64,000 nt of DNA from Acidimicrobiia bacterium (GTDB lineage Bacteria; Actinomycetota; Acidimicrobiia; Spongiisociales; ZC4RG35), in assembly GCA_044867525.1 (NCBI GenBank), contig JBIOVB010000107.1, forward strand, positions 25,419 to 89,418. The letters are read 5' to 3'. Positions within the stretch are counted from its first letter, which is position 1, and each line of letters begins with the position of its first letter. The notes below the pieces were generated by a model that saw only the letters and a program-made list of their open reading frames with translations, was not told where the DNA came from and made no database searches. Below, one piece after another: positions 9,149 to 17,978 of the stretch. A program made the position numbers and the translations under genes.

Positions 9149-9880
9149 CTAGAGGGCGTCGCGACGCTTCAGAGCCCAGGTGAGAACCAGCATCCCAACG
9201 ACCACAACCGCGGCCAGCTTGGCGATGCCCCCGCCCACGCCGGGTGTCACCGGGCCCAATGTTTCCATGGCTGCCTCGCCGAACTCGTCCTCGAGATCTG
9301 CGTAGATGGATAGGGCGATGTGCCAGATCGAGAATTGGGCGAGCCCGGTCACCGCATTGGCCAGCACCGTCTCCCAGATCACGATGTAGCCGAGGCCGAT
9401 GAGGAGCGACCTGGGAGCTAGGTAGCCGAGGGGCACGAAGATCGCGGCGTAGCCGATTCCTGCCGCCGCGTAGAGGGCGAGACCGGCGAAGGTATGAGAG
9501 ATCCCGTTCCCGACCGCCAGGGAGGCCAGGACAGTGGTCAACCATCCCAAGAAGCCAATTGCGAGGGCAGCAGCGATTGCCGCGAGAAAGGACTGAATTG
9601 TGAACCCGAGTCGGGAGATCGGTCGCAGGTAGATGTAGGGAAGCGTCCCCGAGTCCTTCTCCTCCCGCAGTGTGGCCGCGGTGACGATGAGCACCGCGAT
9701 CACGAAGGTGTAACCGGCAGTCGCCAGGATGTCGCTATAGAGCTCGGTCAGCTCCTCCGGTCGGCTGTCGAAGCCCACCAGCCAGTACACCAGGCCGGGG
9801 ACCGAGGCCAGTGCCACCAGCGCGATGACCCGTCCCCGGCGCATGAGTCGCCGGTATAGGTGGATGGCCAGGGTCATCAA
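9149..9880 (-). CDS. ABC-2 type transporter permease
   Basis: 6 hydrophobic helices. Translationally coupled to the upstream ATPase (4-nt overlap). Confidence 0.7.
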   Translation of the reverse strand: MMTLAIHLYRRLMRRGRVIALVALASVPGLVYWLVGFDSRPEELTELYSDILATAGYTFVIAVLIVTAATLREEKDSGTLPYIYLRPISRLGFTIQSFLAAIAAALAIGFLGWLTTVLASLAVGNGISHTFAGLALYAAAGIGYAAIFVPLGYLAPRSLLIGLGYIVIWETVLANAVTGLAQFSIWHIALSIYADLEDEFGEAAMETLGPVTPGVGGGIAKLAAVVVVGMLVLTWALKRRDAL

Positions 9881-10794
9881 CGACCCTCGACCAGATAGCG
9901 GAACACCGATTCCAGGGACTCGTCGACGGGTTCCACCCGATGGAGGCCGATGCCGGATTCGATCGAGATGGAGGGCAGGCGGCGTGCCAGGTCGCCGGCG
10001 TCTGACGCCTCGACGTGGACGGTGTGACCGTCGAGGCTGACCCCGAGCACTCCCGGAGTCGACATCAGCAGGGAGGCCAAGCGCCGTGGGTCGGTGGCCT
10101 CAACGAAAACTCGTCTTGGCTTGTCGGTCATCGCCTCCCGGATCGTTGCCACGTCTCCAACGGCCGCCAGACGACCATCGACCATCGCCACAACGCGATC
10201 GGTCATCCTCTCCACTTCGGCAAGGACGTGGGACGACACGATCACAGTCCTCCCCTCACTCCCCAGTCGGCGGAACAGTCCGATGAGATGAGCGCGCTGC
10301 ACGGGGTCGGCGCCGTTGAGCGGCTCGTCCAGCAGCAGTACCTCCGGGTCCGAGACCAGGGCTTGGGCCACCTTGGCTCGTTGCTTCATCCCCTTGGAGA
10401 ATCCGCCCAGAGCACGATCGGCGGCGTCGGTCAACCCGACCGTGACCAGGGCAGAGTCGACCTTCTCCTTGGGTTTGTCGACCTTTGCCAGGCGGGCGGC
10501 CACGGTCACGAACTGGCGCCCGGTGAGCCTGTCGTATACCGACTCGTCCTCGGGCACCATGGCCACCCGCTTGTAGATCGAAGGGTGAGCCCTCGGATCC
10601 TCACCCAGGATCTGGACCGACCCCTGCGAGGGACGTTGCAGCCCGGTGATGACCCGCAGCAAGGTGGTCTTCCCGGCCCCGTTTGGACCGAGCAGGCCGG
10701 TCACCCCGGGTTGGAAGCCGATGGTCAGCTCGCTGACGGCGACCTTGAGCCCGAACCACTTGGAGAGGGCGCTGACGACGATGGTGTCCGTCAT
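9877..10794 (-). CDS. ABC transporter ATP-binding protein
   Basis: Walker A GPNGAGKTT, signature FSKGMKQR, Walker B LLLDEP, H-loop. Start at MTDTIVV. Confidence 0.85.
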   Translation of the reverse strand: MTDTIVVSALSKWFGLKVAVSELTIGFQPGVTGLLGPNGAGKTTLLRVITGLQRPSQGSVQILGEDPRAHPSIYKRVAMVPEDESVYDRLTGRQFVTVAARLAKVDKPKEKVDSALVTVGLTDAADRALGGFSKGMKQRAKVAQALVSDPEVLLLDEPLNGADPVQRAHLIGLFRRLGSEGRTVIVSSHVLAEVERMTDRVVAMVDGRLAAVGDVATIREAMTDKPRRVFVEATDPRRLASLLMSTPGVLGVSLDGHTVHVEASDAGDLARRLPSISIESGIGLHRVEPVDESLESVFRYLVEGR

Positions 10795-11669
10795 GCCAGC
10801 TTCCGGTATCGCCAACGGATGAACCAGGCGGCAAAGGCCATGACCACCACGATTGCCACCACCGACACCCAGAGCTCGAATCCGGCGATCTCGGCCGGAT
10901 AGTCCACGGTGTCGCCGAAGAGATGATCTCGGATGATCCTCGGGTGCTGATCGAAGTCGAGCAAGGCGGCGAACCGGGCGCCGGGGAACGTCGCCTCTGC
11001 CACCCTCCCCGCAACACCGCCGCCCGCGATCAGGAGTCCGAGGAAGGACGCGGCTGCGATCCCGGTTCGGTCGATGACCGAGGAGAGGGTGAAGACCACC
11101 GCCCCGTGGAGGCCGATGAACGCAAGAGTCGTCGCCGGGACCTTCCACAGGATGTCGAGGTTGTCACCTAGATAGGGGAGGAAGCCGTCGTCGGAGATCA
11201 GCGCCAGCCCGAGGTGGAGGAGAAGTTGGGGGACGATGTAGATGGCTCCGACCACTGTGGCAAAAGCGAGGGTTTTCGACCCCAGGTAGCCGTCGACGGT
11301 CAGTGGCCGGGAGAAGTAGACAGAGAGCACGCCCTTGGTCCGGTCCGGGATCAGGAGCTGGGGCCCGGCGAGGGCGATGAACAGCAGCGACACCCGCGAG
11401 TAGAAGTCGAAGAGGTCGCCGTATCTGGGCACCTCGGCAACTGCGGCCGGGACGTCGCCGGCGACCCAGTTCACGCCGATGAATACGGCCGCGGCGACCA
11501 CGGCGATCGATATCAGGCTCCAGGGGAAGATCTTCTCCCTGGCTTTGCGACCCAGCCCCAGCACACGGCGGACGCCGTCCTTGAACACCGCCTTGCGCGC
11601 ACCGGTTGGGCCGAGCCGGGGCCCGTCGTAGCTGCGATAGCCGCGGTCGTAGATGACCTGGTCGGTCAT
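10791..11669 (-). CDS. ABC-2 type transporter permease
   Basis: Multi-TM protein, 4-nt overlaps with both flanking ATPase genes. Confidence 0.7.
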   Translation of the reverse strand: MTDQVIYDRGYRSYDGPRLGPTGARKAVFKDGVRRVLGLGRKAREKIFPWSLISIAVVAAAVFIGVNWVAGDVPAAVAEVPRYGDLFDFYSRVSLLFIALAGPQLLIPDRTKGVLSVYFSRPLTVDGYLGSKTLAFATVVGAIYIVPQLLLHLGLALISDDGFLPYLGDNLDILWKVPATTLAFIGLHGAVVFTLSSVIDRTGIAAASFLGLLIAGGGVAGRVAEATFPGARFAALLDFDQHPRIIRDHLFGDTVDYPAEIAGFELWVSVVAIVVVMAFAAWFIRWRYRKLA

Positions 11670-12574
11670 CGCAGCGCCTCCCGGGCCAGGAACAGGTCCT
11701 CCAGAGAGGCCGAGCCCCGGACCATGCGGACCAGCCCGGCGTCGGAGGCCGCAGCTGCGGCGACGATCGCGGGTTCCAGGCTCTCGTCGCCCGGTCCTGC
11801 CATCAGCCGAAGCCCGTCTACGGTCGCCTCGTAGCCCTGATCTCGGATCGCCGCCGCTACCTCTTCGGCGTGGTCGAGCACCTCGACGAGGACGGTGCCC
11901 AGTTTCTCGAATCCCTGCAGCGGGCCGGATCGGAGCAGATCGCCGGCATCGAGCATCACCACCCAGTCGCAGGTCTGTTCGATGTCGCTCAGCACATGGG
12001 AGGAGATGATCACGCTGATGTCGAACTCAGCGAGGCGTGTGATCAGCGCCAGCATCTGGGTGCGCCCTTCTGGGTCGAGGCCCGAGGCCGGCTCGTCTAG
12101 TAGCAGGAGGTCGGGATCGTGGACGATGGCCTGGGCGAGCTTCACCCTCTGCTGCATACCGGTGGAGAAGTCGCCGAGGAAACGGAATCGCTCCTCTTCG
12201 AGGCCGACCAGGAACAGCGTTTCTGAGGCGCGTCGCTTGGCCTCGCGAGGCGGGATGCCCGCGAGCTGTGCGGTGTAGGAGACGAAGTCGGCCGCTGTCT
12301 GGTCTTTGGGGAGGCAATCTCCCTCGGGCATGTAACCGATCCGGGTCCGGACTTCGAGAGGCTCCCGTTGAGGATCGTGCCCCAGAACTTGCATCGACCC
12401 AACGGTGGGGTGGAGCAGGCCGAGCATCAATCGCAGCATCGTGGTCTTGCCCGCGCCGTTGGCTCCGACCAGCCCGGTCACCCCGGCGGGCACCTCGAGG
12501 GTCAGATCGCGAAGAGCGACAACTTCGCCGTAGTCGTGGGTGAGCCCCGATATTTCGAGAATCGGCTCGGTCAT
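11666..12574 (-). CDS. ABC transporter ATP-binding protein
   Basis: Walker A GANGAGKTT, signature FSTGMQQR, Walker B LLLDEP. Confidence 0.85.
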   Translation of the reverse strand: MTEPILEISGLTHDYGEVVALRDLTLEVPAGVTGLVGANGAGKTTMLRLMLGLLHPTVGSMQVLGHDPQREPLEVRTRIGYMPEGDCLPKDQTAADFVSYTAQLAGIPPREAKRRASETLFLVGLEEERFRFLGDFSTGMQQRVKLAQAIVHDPDLLLLDEPASGLDPEGRTQMLALITRLAEFDISVIISSHVLSDIEQTCDWVVMLDAGDLLRSGPLQGFEKLGTVLVEVLDHAEEVAAAIRDQGYEATVDGLRLMAGPGDESLEPAIVAAAAASDAGLVRMVRGSASLEDLFLAREALR

Positions 12575-12665
12575 GCGAGATCAGTGGTAGCTGTCATCAG
12601 CGGGTCGACGCAAGACTCCACGAGAAGCGAGGAAGTTGCAACCGGGGAGAACCCTGGCCTTTCCC

Positions 12666-13685
12666 CTACCCGACCAGGTCCTCGAAGCCAGGGCCTGCCG
12701 GTCGCTCCAGTTGGTCCATGGTGCAGGCCGAGGCATCTTTGTCTGGACGCCACCGGTGAAAACGGGTCGCGTGCCGGAAGCGGTCTCCCTCGAGCTGGTC
12801 GTAGCTGACCTCGACCACCACCCCGGGTTGCACCGGAGTCCATGAGCTGTCTTTGTCACCGCTCCACCTGCTCTGAGCGCCGGGCACCCGAGCCTCATGC
12901 CCGAAGCTGTCGTCGGCGACGAGCTCGAGGAAGCGCTCGAAGATCTCCACGCGTTGGCCATCGGGGAATCCCGAACAGTGGCCGATGAAATGGAGCTGCC
13001 CGGCGTCGTCGTAGAGCCCGAGGAGAAGAGACCCGATCTTGCCGCCATCCTTGTGCTCGCGGAATCCACCGACGACGCAGTCGATCGTTCGCCGGTGCTT
13101 GATCTTGATCATCGCTCGCTTGCCGTGTTGGTATGCGAGGTCTGGCACTTTGGCGATGATGCCATCGCATCCCGCCGATTCGAAGTCGTCGAACCAACGT
13201 TGGGCCACCTCCTCGGATTCGGTCTGAGGGGTCAGATGCCAGGGCGCACCGAGTCCCTCAGTCAGGGCCTCGAGACGGCCCCGGCGGGAGTGGAACGGCT
13301 CGTTGCGCAGGTCGTCACCTCGATCGGCGAGCAAATCGAAGGCCACGAGCTCTGCCGGAGTGGCCTCGGAGAGCATCTTCACCCTCGACTCTGCAGGGTG
13401 GATGCGCTGCTGTAGGGCGTCGAAATCGGTGGCCCCGTCGAGCACGACCACGATCTCGCCATCGACGACGGTGCCCGGGGGAAGCTGCTCGAGAGCCGGG
13501 AGCAGTTCCGGGAAATAGCGGAGGAGCGGCCTTTGATTGCGAGAGTCGAGGCGGACCTCGGGTCGCGACCACGAGATCGAGCGAAATCCGTCCCATTTCG
13601 GCTCATACAGGTAGGACCCCTTCGGCCATCGCTCGGAGACCTTGGCCTCCATCGTCTCGATGGGGGGCGGGAAGGGGTGACTCAC
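12666..13685 (-). CDS. ATP-dependent DNA ligase (standalone LigC/LigD-ligase-domain type)
   Basis: Motif I EPKWDGFR (KxDG adenylation lysine), then DGEIVV and OB-fold region. 339 aa with no pol or nuclease domains. Confidence 0.8.
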   Translation of the reverse strand: MSHPFPPPIETMEAKVSERWPKGSYLYEPKWDGFRSISWSRPEVRLDSRNQRPLLRYFPELLPALEQLPPGTVVDGEIVVVLDGATDFDALQQRIHPAESRVKMLSEATPAELVAFDLLADRGDDLRNEPFHSRRGRLEALTEGLGAPWHLTPQTESEEVAQRWFDDFESAGCDGIIAKVPDLAYQHGKRAMIKIKHRRTIDCVVGGFREHKDGGKIGSLLLGLYDDAGQLHFIGHCSGFPDGQRVEIFERFLELVADDSFGHEARVPGAQSRWSGDKDSSWTPVQPGVVVEVSYDQLEGDRFRHATRFHRWRPDKDASACTMDQLERPAGPGFEDLVG

Positions 13686-13720
13686 TCTGCGGGAGCTTAT
13701 TGCGGGGATACCCTGAGCCC

Positions 13721-14743
13721 ATGATCGACGGCAACATCCATCGGCTGCCCCGATGGGCGAGGACCCCGGCCGAGATCCTCTATGGGGCGTCTAAGAGCTA
13801 CGGAAGGGACCGCGCCGGGCGGATGTCGGCGGCGATCGCCTACCGCACGGTCTTCGCCCTTGCCCCGATCCTGATCATCGCCATCTCCGTCGCCGGATGG
13901 GTTCTCGGGAGCTCAGAGCTGGCCCAGGCAGAGCTGCTCGCGGGAATCGAGTCCATTGCCGGGCCAGAAGTCGCGGAAGCCATGGCGTCCTTTCTGGCGA
14001 GCGCGGTCAGCTCGGCCAACACTGCTGCGGTCATCGGGTTCGTGCTCCTGTTGTGGACCGCCTCGAGTCTCTTCATCGAGCTTCAACATGATCTCAACGA
14101 CATCTTCGGCGTGCCCTACGAGAAGGTGAGAGGTCTGGTTGCACTGGTGCGGAAGCGAGGGATGGGTTTCGTCTGGGTCTTCGGGCTCGGGTTGCTGATG
14201 ATTGCAATCCTCCTGGTGAACACCGTTTGGGGAATCATCGATTCGCTCCTTCCCGCCAATCTCAAGGGTCTGGATGGGGTGGTGACCGTCCTGGCCCCGA
14301 TCATTTCGCTGACTCTGCTCCCCTTCGTCTTCGGTTTGATCTTCAAGACGCTGACCGTTGCACCACTCCCCTGGAAGGCGGCCTGGGGAGGCGGGCTGTT
14401 CACAGCGGTGGTGTTCACCATCGCGGCATGGGGCATCGGCCTCTACTTCCAGGTGGTCGGCCCGACCACTGCGCTCGGGTTCGCAGGATCGCTGGTGGTG
14501 GTCCTCTTCCTCGCCTACATGTTGTCTGCCGTGTTCTTGTTTGGGGCGGAGGTGACCAACACCGCGACTGAGCGAATGGAGATGGCGGAACAGGAAGCGA
14601 GAAGGGCGATGTCTGCAGCCCGTCTCCAGATTCCCGTCGACCCGCTCGTGGTGGTGGCCGAGCCTCCACGGGCCCTCCCTGCGGCAGCAATCTTCGCCTT
14701 CTTCGGCGGGATGCTCGTGGGATGGAGGAAATGGCGCCGTTGA
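13721..14743 (+). CDS. YihY/BrkB (virulence factor BrkB / RNase BN-like) family membrane protein
   Basis: N-terminal SKSYGRDRAGRMSAAIAYRTVFALAPILI is the typical YihY signature, with a multi-TM body. Confidence 0.7.
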   Translation: MIDGNIHRLPRWARTPAEILYGASKSYGRDRAGRMSAAIAYRTVFALAPILIIAISVAGWVLGSSELAQAELLAGIESIAGPEVAEAMASFLASAVSSANTAAVIGFVLLLWTASSLFIELQHDLNDIFGVPYEKVRGLVALVRKRGMGFVWVFGLGLLMIAILLVNTVWGIIDSLLPANLKGLDGVVTVLAPIISLTLLPFVFGLIFKTLTVAPLPWKAAWGGGLFTAVVFTIAAWGIGLYFQVVGPTTALGFAGSLVVVLFLAYMLSAVFLFGAEVTNTATERMEMAEQEARRAMSAARLQIPVDPLVVVAEPPRALPAAAIFAFFGGMLVGWRKWRR

Positions 14744-14787
14744 GCCCTATTAGCTTTCCGGCTCCGCTCCAATAACCTCACACCAAC

Positions 14788-15354
14788 ATGTCTGTTGACA
14801 TCGCCGGGTTCGTGACAGACCTCAAGGAGCATGCCACCGAGCACGGGTTCCATGTACACGACGAGCGGCATTTCGTCGAGACTTACTCGCTGCGCCAGTC
14901 GTGGGAGGTGGATCTGCATCCGGAGGCAGGATGTGGAGGGCCGATCGACCTCCATCTCGCTCTCGACGTCGACCCCAAGGTGATCCTCTCGTTGCGGGAG
15001 CGTCTGGACGAGATGGACTCCGACTTCGAAGAGCCCGAGGACGTCTATCACCTCGATCTGTTCTTCAATTGGGCGGTGCCTCCGCTGCACCGGCCACCTG
15101 ATCTCTTGGTGCTAGCCACCGACCTGGCCGGCATTGGGCGCCTGTCTCTGGCTGTAGAGGTATCGGCGATCGACTCCTATGGCGCAGTGACAGACGCCCC
15201 GGAGCGGCGGCTGACCCTCACCGGGAAATCATCGGTGAGCCTCGTCGATGTGCTGATGGGCCGGGAGCAACTATGCGATGTCCTCGACCGCTCCCATGAG
15301 GTCAGTGAATACCTGCTGGACCGCGTCGACGGCTGGATGGAGCTGCCCGGCTGA
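14788..15354 (+). CDS. Hypothetical acidic cytoplasmic protein
   Basis: 188-aa ORF with plausible coding character and no motifs recognised. Confidence 0.4.
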   Translation: MSVDIAGFVTDLKEHATEHGFHVHDERHFVETYSLRQSWEVDLHPEAGCGGPIDLHLALDVDPKVILSLRERLDEMDSDFEEPEDVYHLDLFFNWAVPPLHRPPDLLVLATDLAGIGRLSLAVEVSAIDSYGAVTDAPERRLTLTGKSSVSLVDVLMGREQLCDVLDRSHEVSEYLLDRVDGWMELPG

Positions 15355-15780
15355 TCAGTTAACGACGTTGACGAAAGCCCACACCCCCATCGCCACCGTT
15401 CCCGCGGCGAGGGCGTAGAACCCAACGACCGTCAGCGGTCGGGGCGGAGGACCGTCGAGGATCACGAGCTCGGTTCCTGCGTCGAGCGACGCCGGATGGG
15501 CAGTCAGCTGGTCGGCCAGTCCCCTCTCGAACTGTCGAGGGTCGTCGGGGCGGAAGGACACCGAGCCTTCGTCGGCCTCGATGACCCAGGTCCCGTCCCC
15601 GTTCTCGACGAAGACGCAGTCCTCCGCGGGCCATTTCCCGATCTCGACCCGGCCGGAGACCAGGGTCACCTCGTCACGATCGAGACCGATGGTGACCGGT
15701 ACCCGGTCGTCCTCCATGGTCACCACGCCGGCGAACGTGATCATTGTCTCGAATCCCCTGCTGTCTGCTGTCCCCAACAT
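15355..15780 (-). CDS. Hypothetical protein with a C-terminal TM anchor
   Basis: Start trimmed to MLGTADS to avoid overlap with the upstream DUF2461 gene. C-terminal hydrophobic helix LTVVGFYALAAGTVAMGVWAFV. Confidence 0.35.
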   Translation of the reverse strand: MLGTADSRGFETMITFAGVVTMEDDRVPVTIGLDRDEVTLVSGRVEIGKWPAEDCVFVENGDGTWVIEADEGSVSFRPDDPRQFERGLADQLTAHPASLDAGTELVILDGPPPRPLTVVGFYALAAGTVAMGVWAFVNVVN

Positions 15781-15841
15781 ACGCCCGGTGAAAAACCGGT
15801 GCAAAGCCGGCCAACTGGCCCGCAACCGCGTCGAAGGGTCA

Positions 15842-16489
15842 TCAATAGGGGAGGCCGATGGCGGCGCATAGGAAGCCGGTGAAGCCACCAGCCCTCCGGT
15901 ATCTCGCCTCGAGGTCGGCGTCGAATCCGGGCGAGGCGACCGCGGTGTCGGCGACACGGGCGCCAGCGACGAAACTCTTCATCCGCAGGTCGTCGGCGTA
16001 TGGGTGATCACCGTCGAACTCCCGGGGCACCTGCTTCAGGTACTCGTCGGGGTCCGCCTCGATGGACCAGGAGTCGAGAAATGCCTTGCCTTTGGTCGCC
16101 TTGCGCCACCCGGGGATGTCGTCGTGGATCGCCTGCCTGATTTGGCGGGCCACCGCGGTCTCCGGGTGCCACATCCCCACGCCGACGAAACTGGCGCCAG
16201 GCTCGATGTGCACGTAGAAGCCGGGGGCATGGATATCGCGGCCGGTGTTGTGCCGGAACTGGATCCCAACGTTCGTCTTGTAGGGCGTCTTGTCCTTGGA
16301 AAACCGAATGTCGCGGAAGGGCCGCATCAGAGACCCACCAACCGTGCGGGCGTCGGCACTGAAGTGAGGGGAGAGCTTCGCCAACCTTGGCCTGAAGTCA
16401 TCGATGAAGTCGAGGGCGGGCTCCCGCACCGAACCGACATAGCGATCCTTGTTTCGCTCCCACCATTCCTTGTCGTTGTTGGCTGCCAA
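15842..16489 (-). CDS. DUF2461 (TIGR02453) family conserved hypothetical protein
   Basis: The characteristic motif run of this family: ...FFAAVEDN..WWERNKDRY...PFRDIRFSKDKTPYKT..GIQFRH...GFYVHIEPG. Confidence 0.6.
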   Translation of the reverse strand: MAANNDKEWWERNKDRYVGSVREPALDFIDDFRPRLAKLSPHFSADARTVGGSLMRPFRDIRFSKDKTPYKTNVGIQFRHNTGRDIHAPGFYVHIEPGASFVGVGMWHPETAVARQIRQAIHDDIPGWRKATKGKAFLDSWSIEADPDEYLKQVPREFDGDHPYADDLRMKSFVAGARVADTAVASPGFDADLEARYRRAGGFTGFLCAAIGLPY

Positions 16490-16609
16490 CTCGGTCAGGA
16501 AGTCGAACGTCGCCTGTGTGAAATGCTGCTTGGCCGTGGTTCCCCCTTTCGCCTGACTCCGAACCTACAACAGTCGCCGACCGGGTGACAGGGGGCGCTC
16601 GAGTGCGGT

Positions 16610-17920
16610 TCAGTCCTCGACCAACTGGTCCCACGGGGTGCGCAAACCGTCGCGCACCACCTGCCCCAGGCTCCGCACCTCCTTGCGCAGCACCCAGACC
16701 GCGGCGATCAGGAAGACGACCCCGACCCCGATCCTGGCCATCGCCGAAGCGTCCTCCGAGATGTGCCCGAGCTCGGTGAGCCCCGACTCCAGGAGTTGAA
16801 GAAGGAACAACGAGAGCATCACCCAGGCCTCCTTGGTGGAGACCGACCTGCTGGCGACGATGGCAACGGCGAACACAGACTGCGCCGCGGTGACCATCAG
16901 CTCCACTCGCTGCACCGTGTCCAGGGGCAGGCCGTGAAGGGTTCCCGAGAAGATCGAAAACACTATGGGCAGGGTCCCCACGAGCAGCGTCCACTGGTTC
17001 ACCTTCGATGAGATCAGGGCCCCGAACCCGGTGCGCGCCGCCAGACGCCAGGCGAAGAGAGCTGCGACCAGGAGCTCTGGGGCCTCCGACGCGGTAGGGG
17101 CGATCCATTTGACGAGCAGGAACTCACTGACACCCAGGGCCTCTCCCATCTCGACGATCGCCTCGGCGAAGGGCTCGGCGCAGAGGAGGATCACGACCGC
17201 CGCAACGACGAACCCGGAGTAGTTGATTATCCGCCTGGTCGTCTTGGGTAGGGAACCGATGTAGGCGGAGGGCCCTACGAGATGGGGAGCACTTGGTGGT
17301 GCCCCGGAGAGGCGCCGCAGATAGAAGACGTAGATCCCGATCAGGATCGCGGCGTCCCAGAGGGTGAGGTGGTCCTTGAGGAACAGGGTCAGCCCGTAGA
17401 GGGAGGCGATCGCCAGGTACGCGATTTCCACGGACTGAGACCGGTCGAGATGGATGGTGGTCGCGGTGGTGTTCTCGGCGTCCTCAGGCGCCGCCTGGGT
17501 CCGACGGACCCTCCAGGTGCCGAGCAGGATCACCAGCGGCCAACCCAGCCCGATCAGCAACTGGTTGCCCCCGGTCATGTTGGCCAGGGCGAGTGGCCCG
17601 TATTGGGTCGCCTCGCCGGTCTCGGCGAACTCCTGCCCGGCTTTCATGGTGAACACGAAGTCGACCGCGTATTCGGGGAGGATGGCGATCAGTGCGAGGA
17701 GCGCCAGCGCCAGGCCGGCGGCGATGTCGAGTTGGATGACTTCTGCAGCCCAGGAGAGGATGAAGGCGGCTCCCACGATCGCCATTCCGAAGAGCACAGC
17801 ACCCAGAACCGGCTCGGGGTGGGTGCCGGTGAGCCTGAGGGCGACACCAGGGATGGTCACCCCCGCGGCGAGTGCCATGTAGAGGATTTGGCGGGATGGA
17901 TTGAGAGTTACGTAGTCCAT
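16610..17920 (-). CDS. CaCA-family cation (Ca2+/Na+) antiporter
   Basis: Two internal alpha-repeat regions flank a hydrophilic loop. GNQLLIGLGWP and GTLPIVFSIFSG resemble Na+/Ca2+ exchanger alpha repeats. Confidence 0.7.
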   Translation of the reverse strand: MDYVTLNPSRQILYMALAAGVTIPGVALRLTGTHPEPVLGAVLFGMAIVGAAFILSWAAEVIQLDIAAGLALALLALIAILPEYAVDFVFTMKAGQEFAETGEATQYGPLALANMTGGNQLLIGLGWPLVILLGTWRVRRTQAAPEDAENTTATTIHLDRSQSVEIAYLAIASLYGLTLFLKDHLTLWDAAILIGIYVFYLRRLSGAPPSAPHLVGPSAYIGSLPKTTRRIINYSGFVVAAVVILLCAEPFAEAIVEMGEALGVSEFLLVKWIAPTASEAPELLVAALFAWRLAARTGFGALISSKVNQWTLLVGTLPIVFSIFSGTLHGLPLDTVQRVELMVTAAQSVFAVAIVASRSVSTKEAWVMLSLFLLQLLESGLTELGHISEDASAMARIGVGVVFLIAAVWVLRKEVRSLGQVVRDGLRTPWDQLVED

Positions 17921-17978
17921 CGGGCGGGGGATTGTATGGAGATGGCCCTCGTCCCCTCGAAATCGGGTGCCCCCGGTG

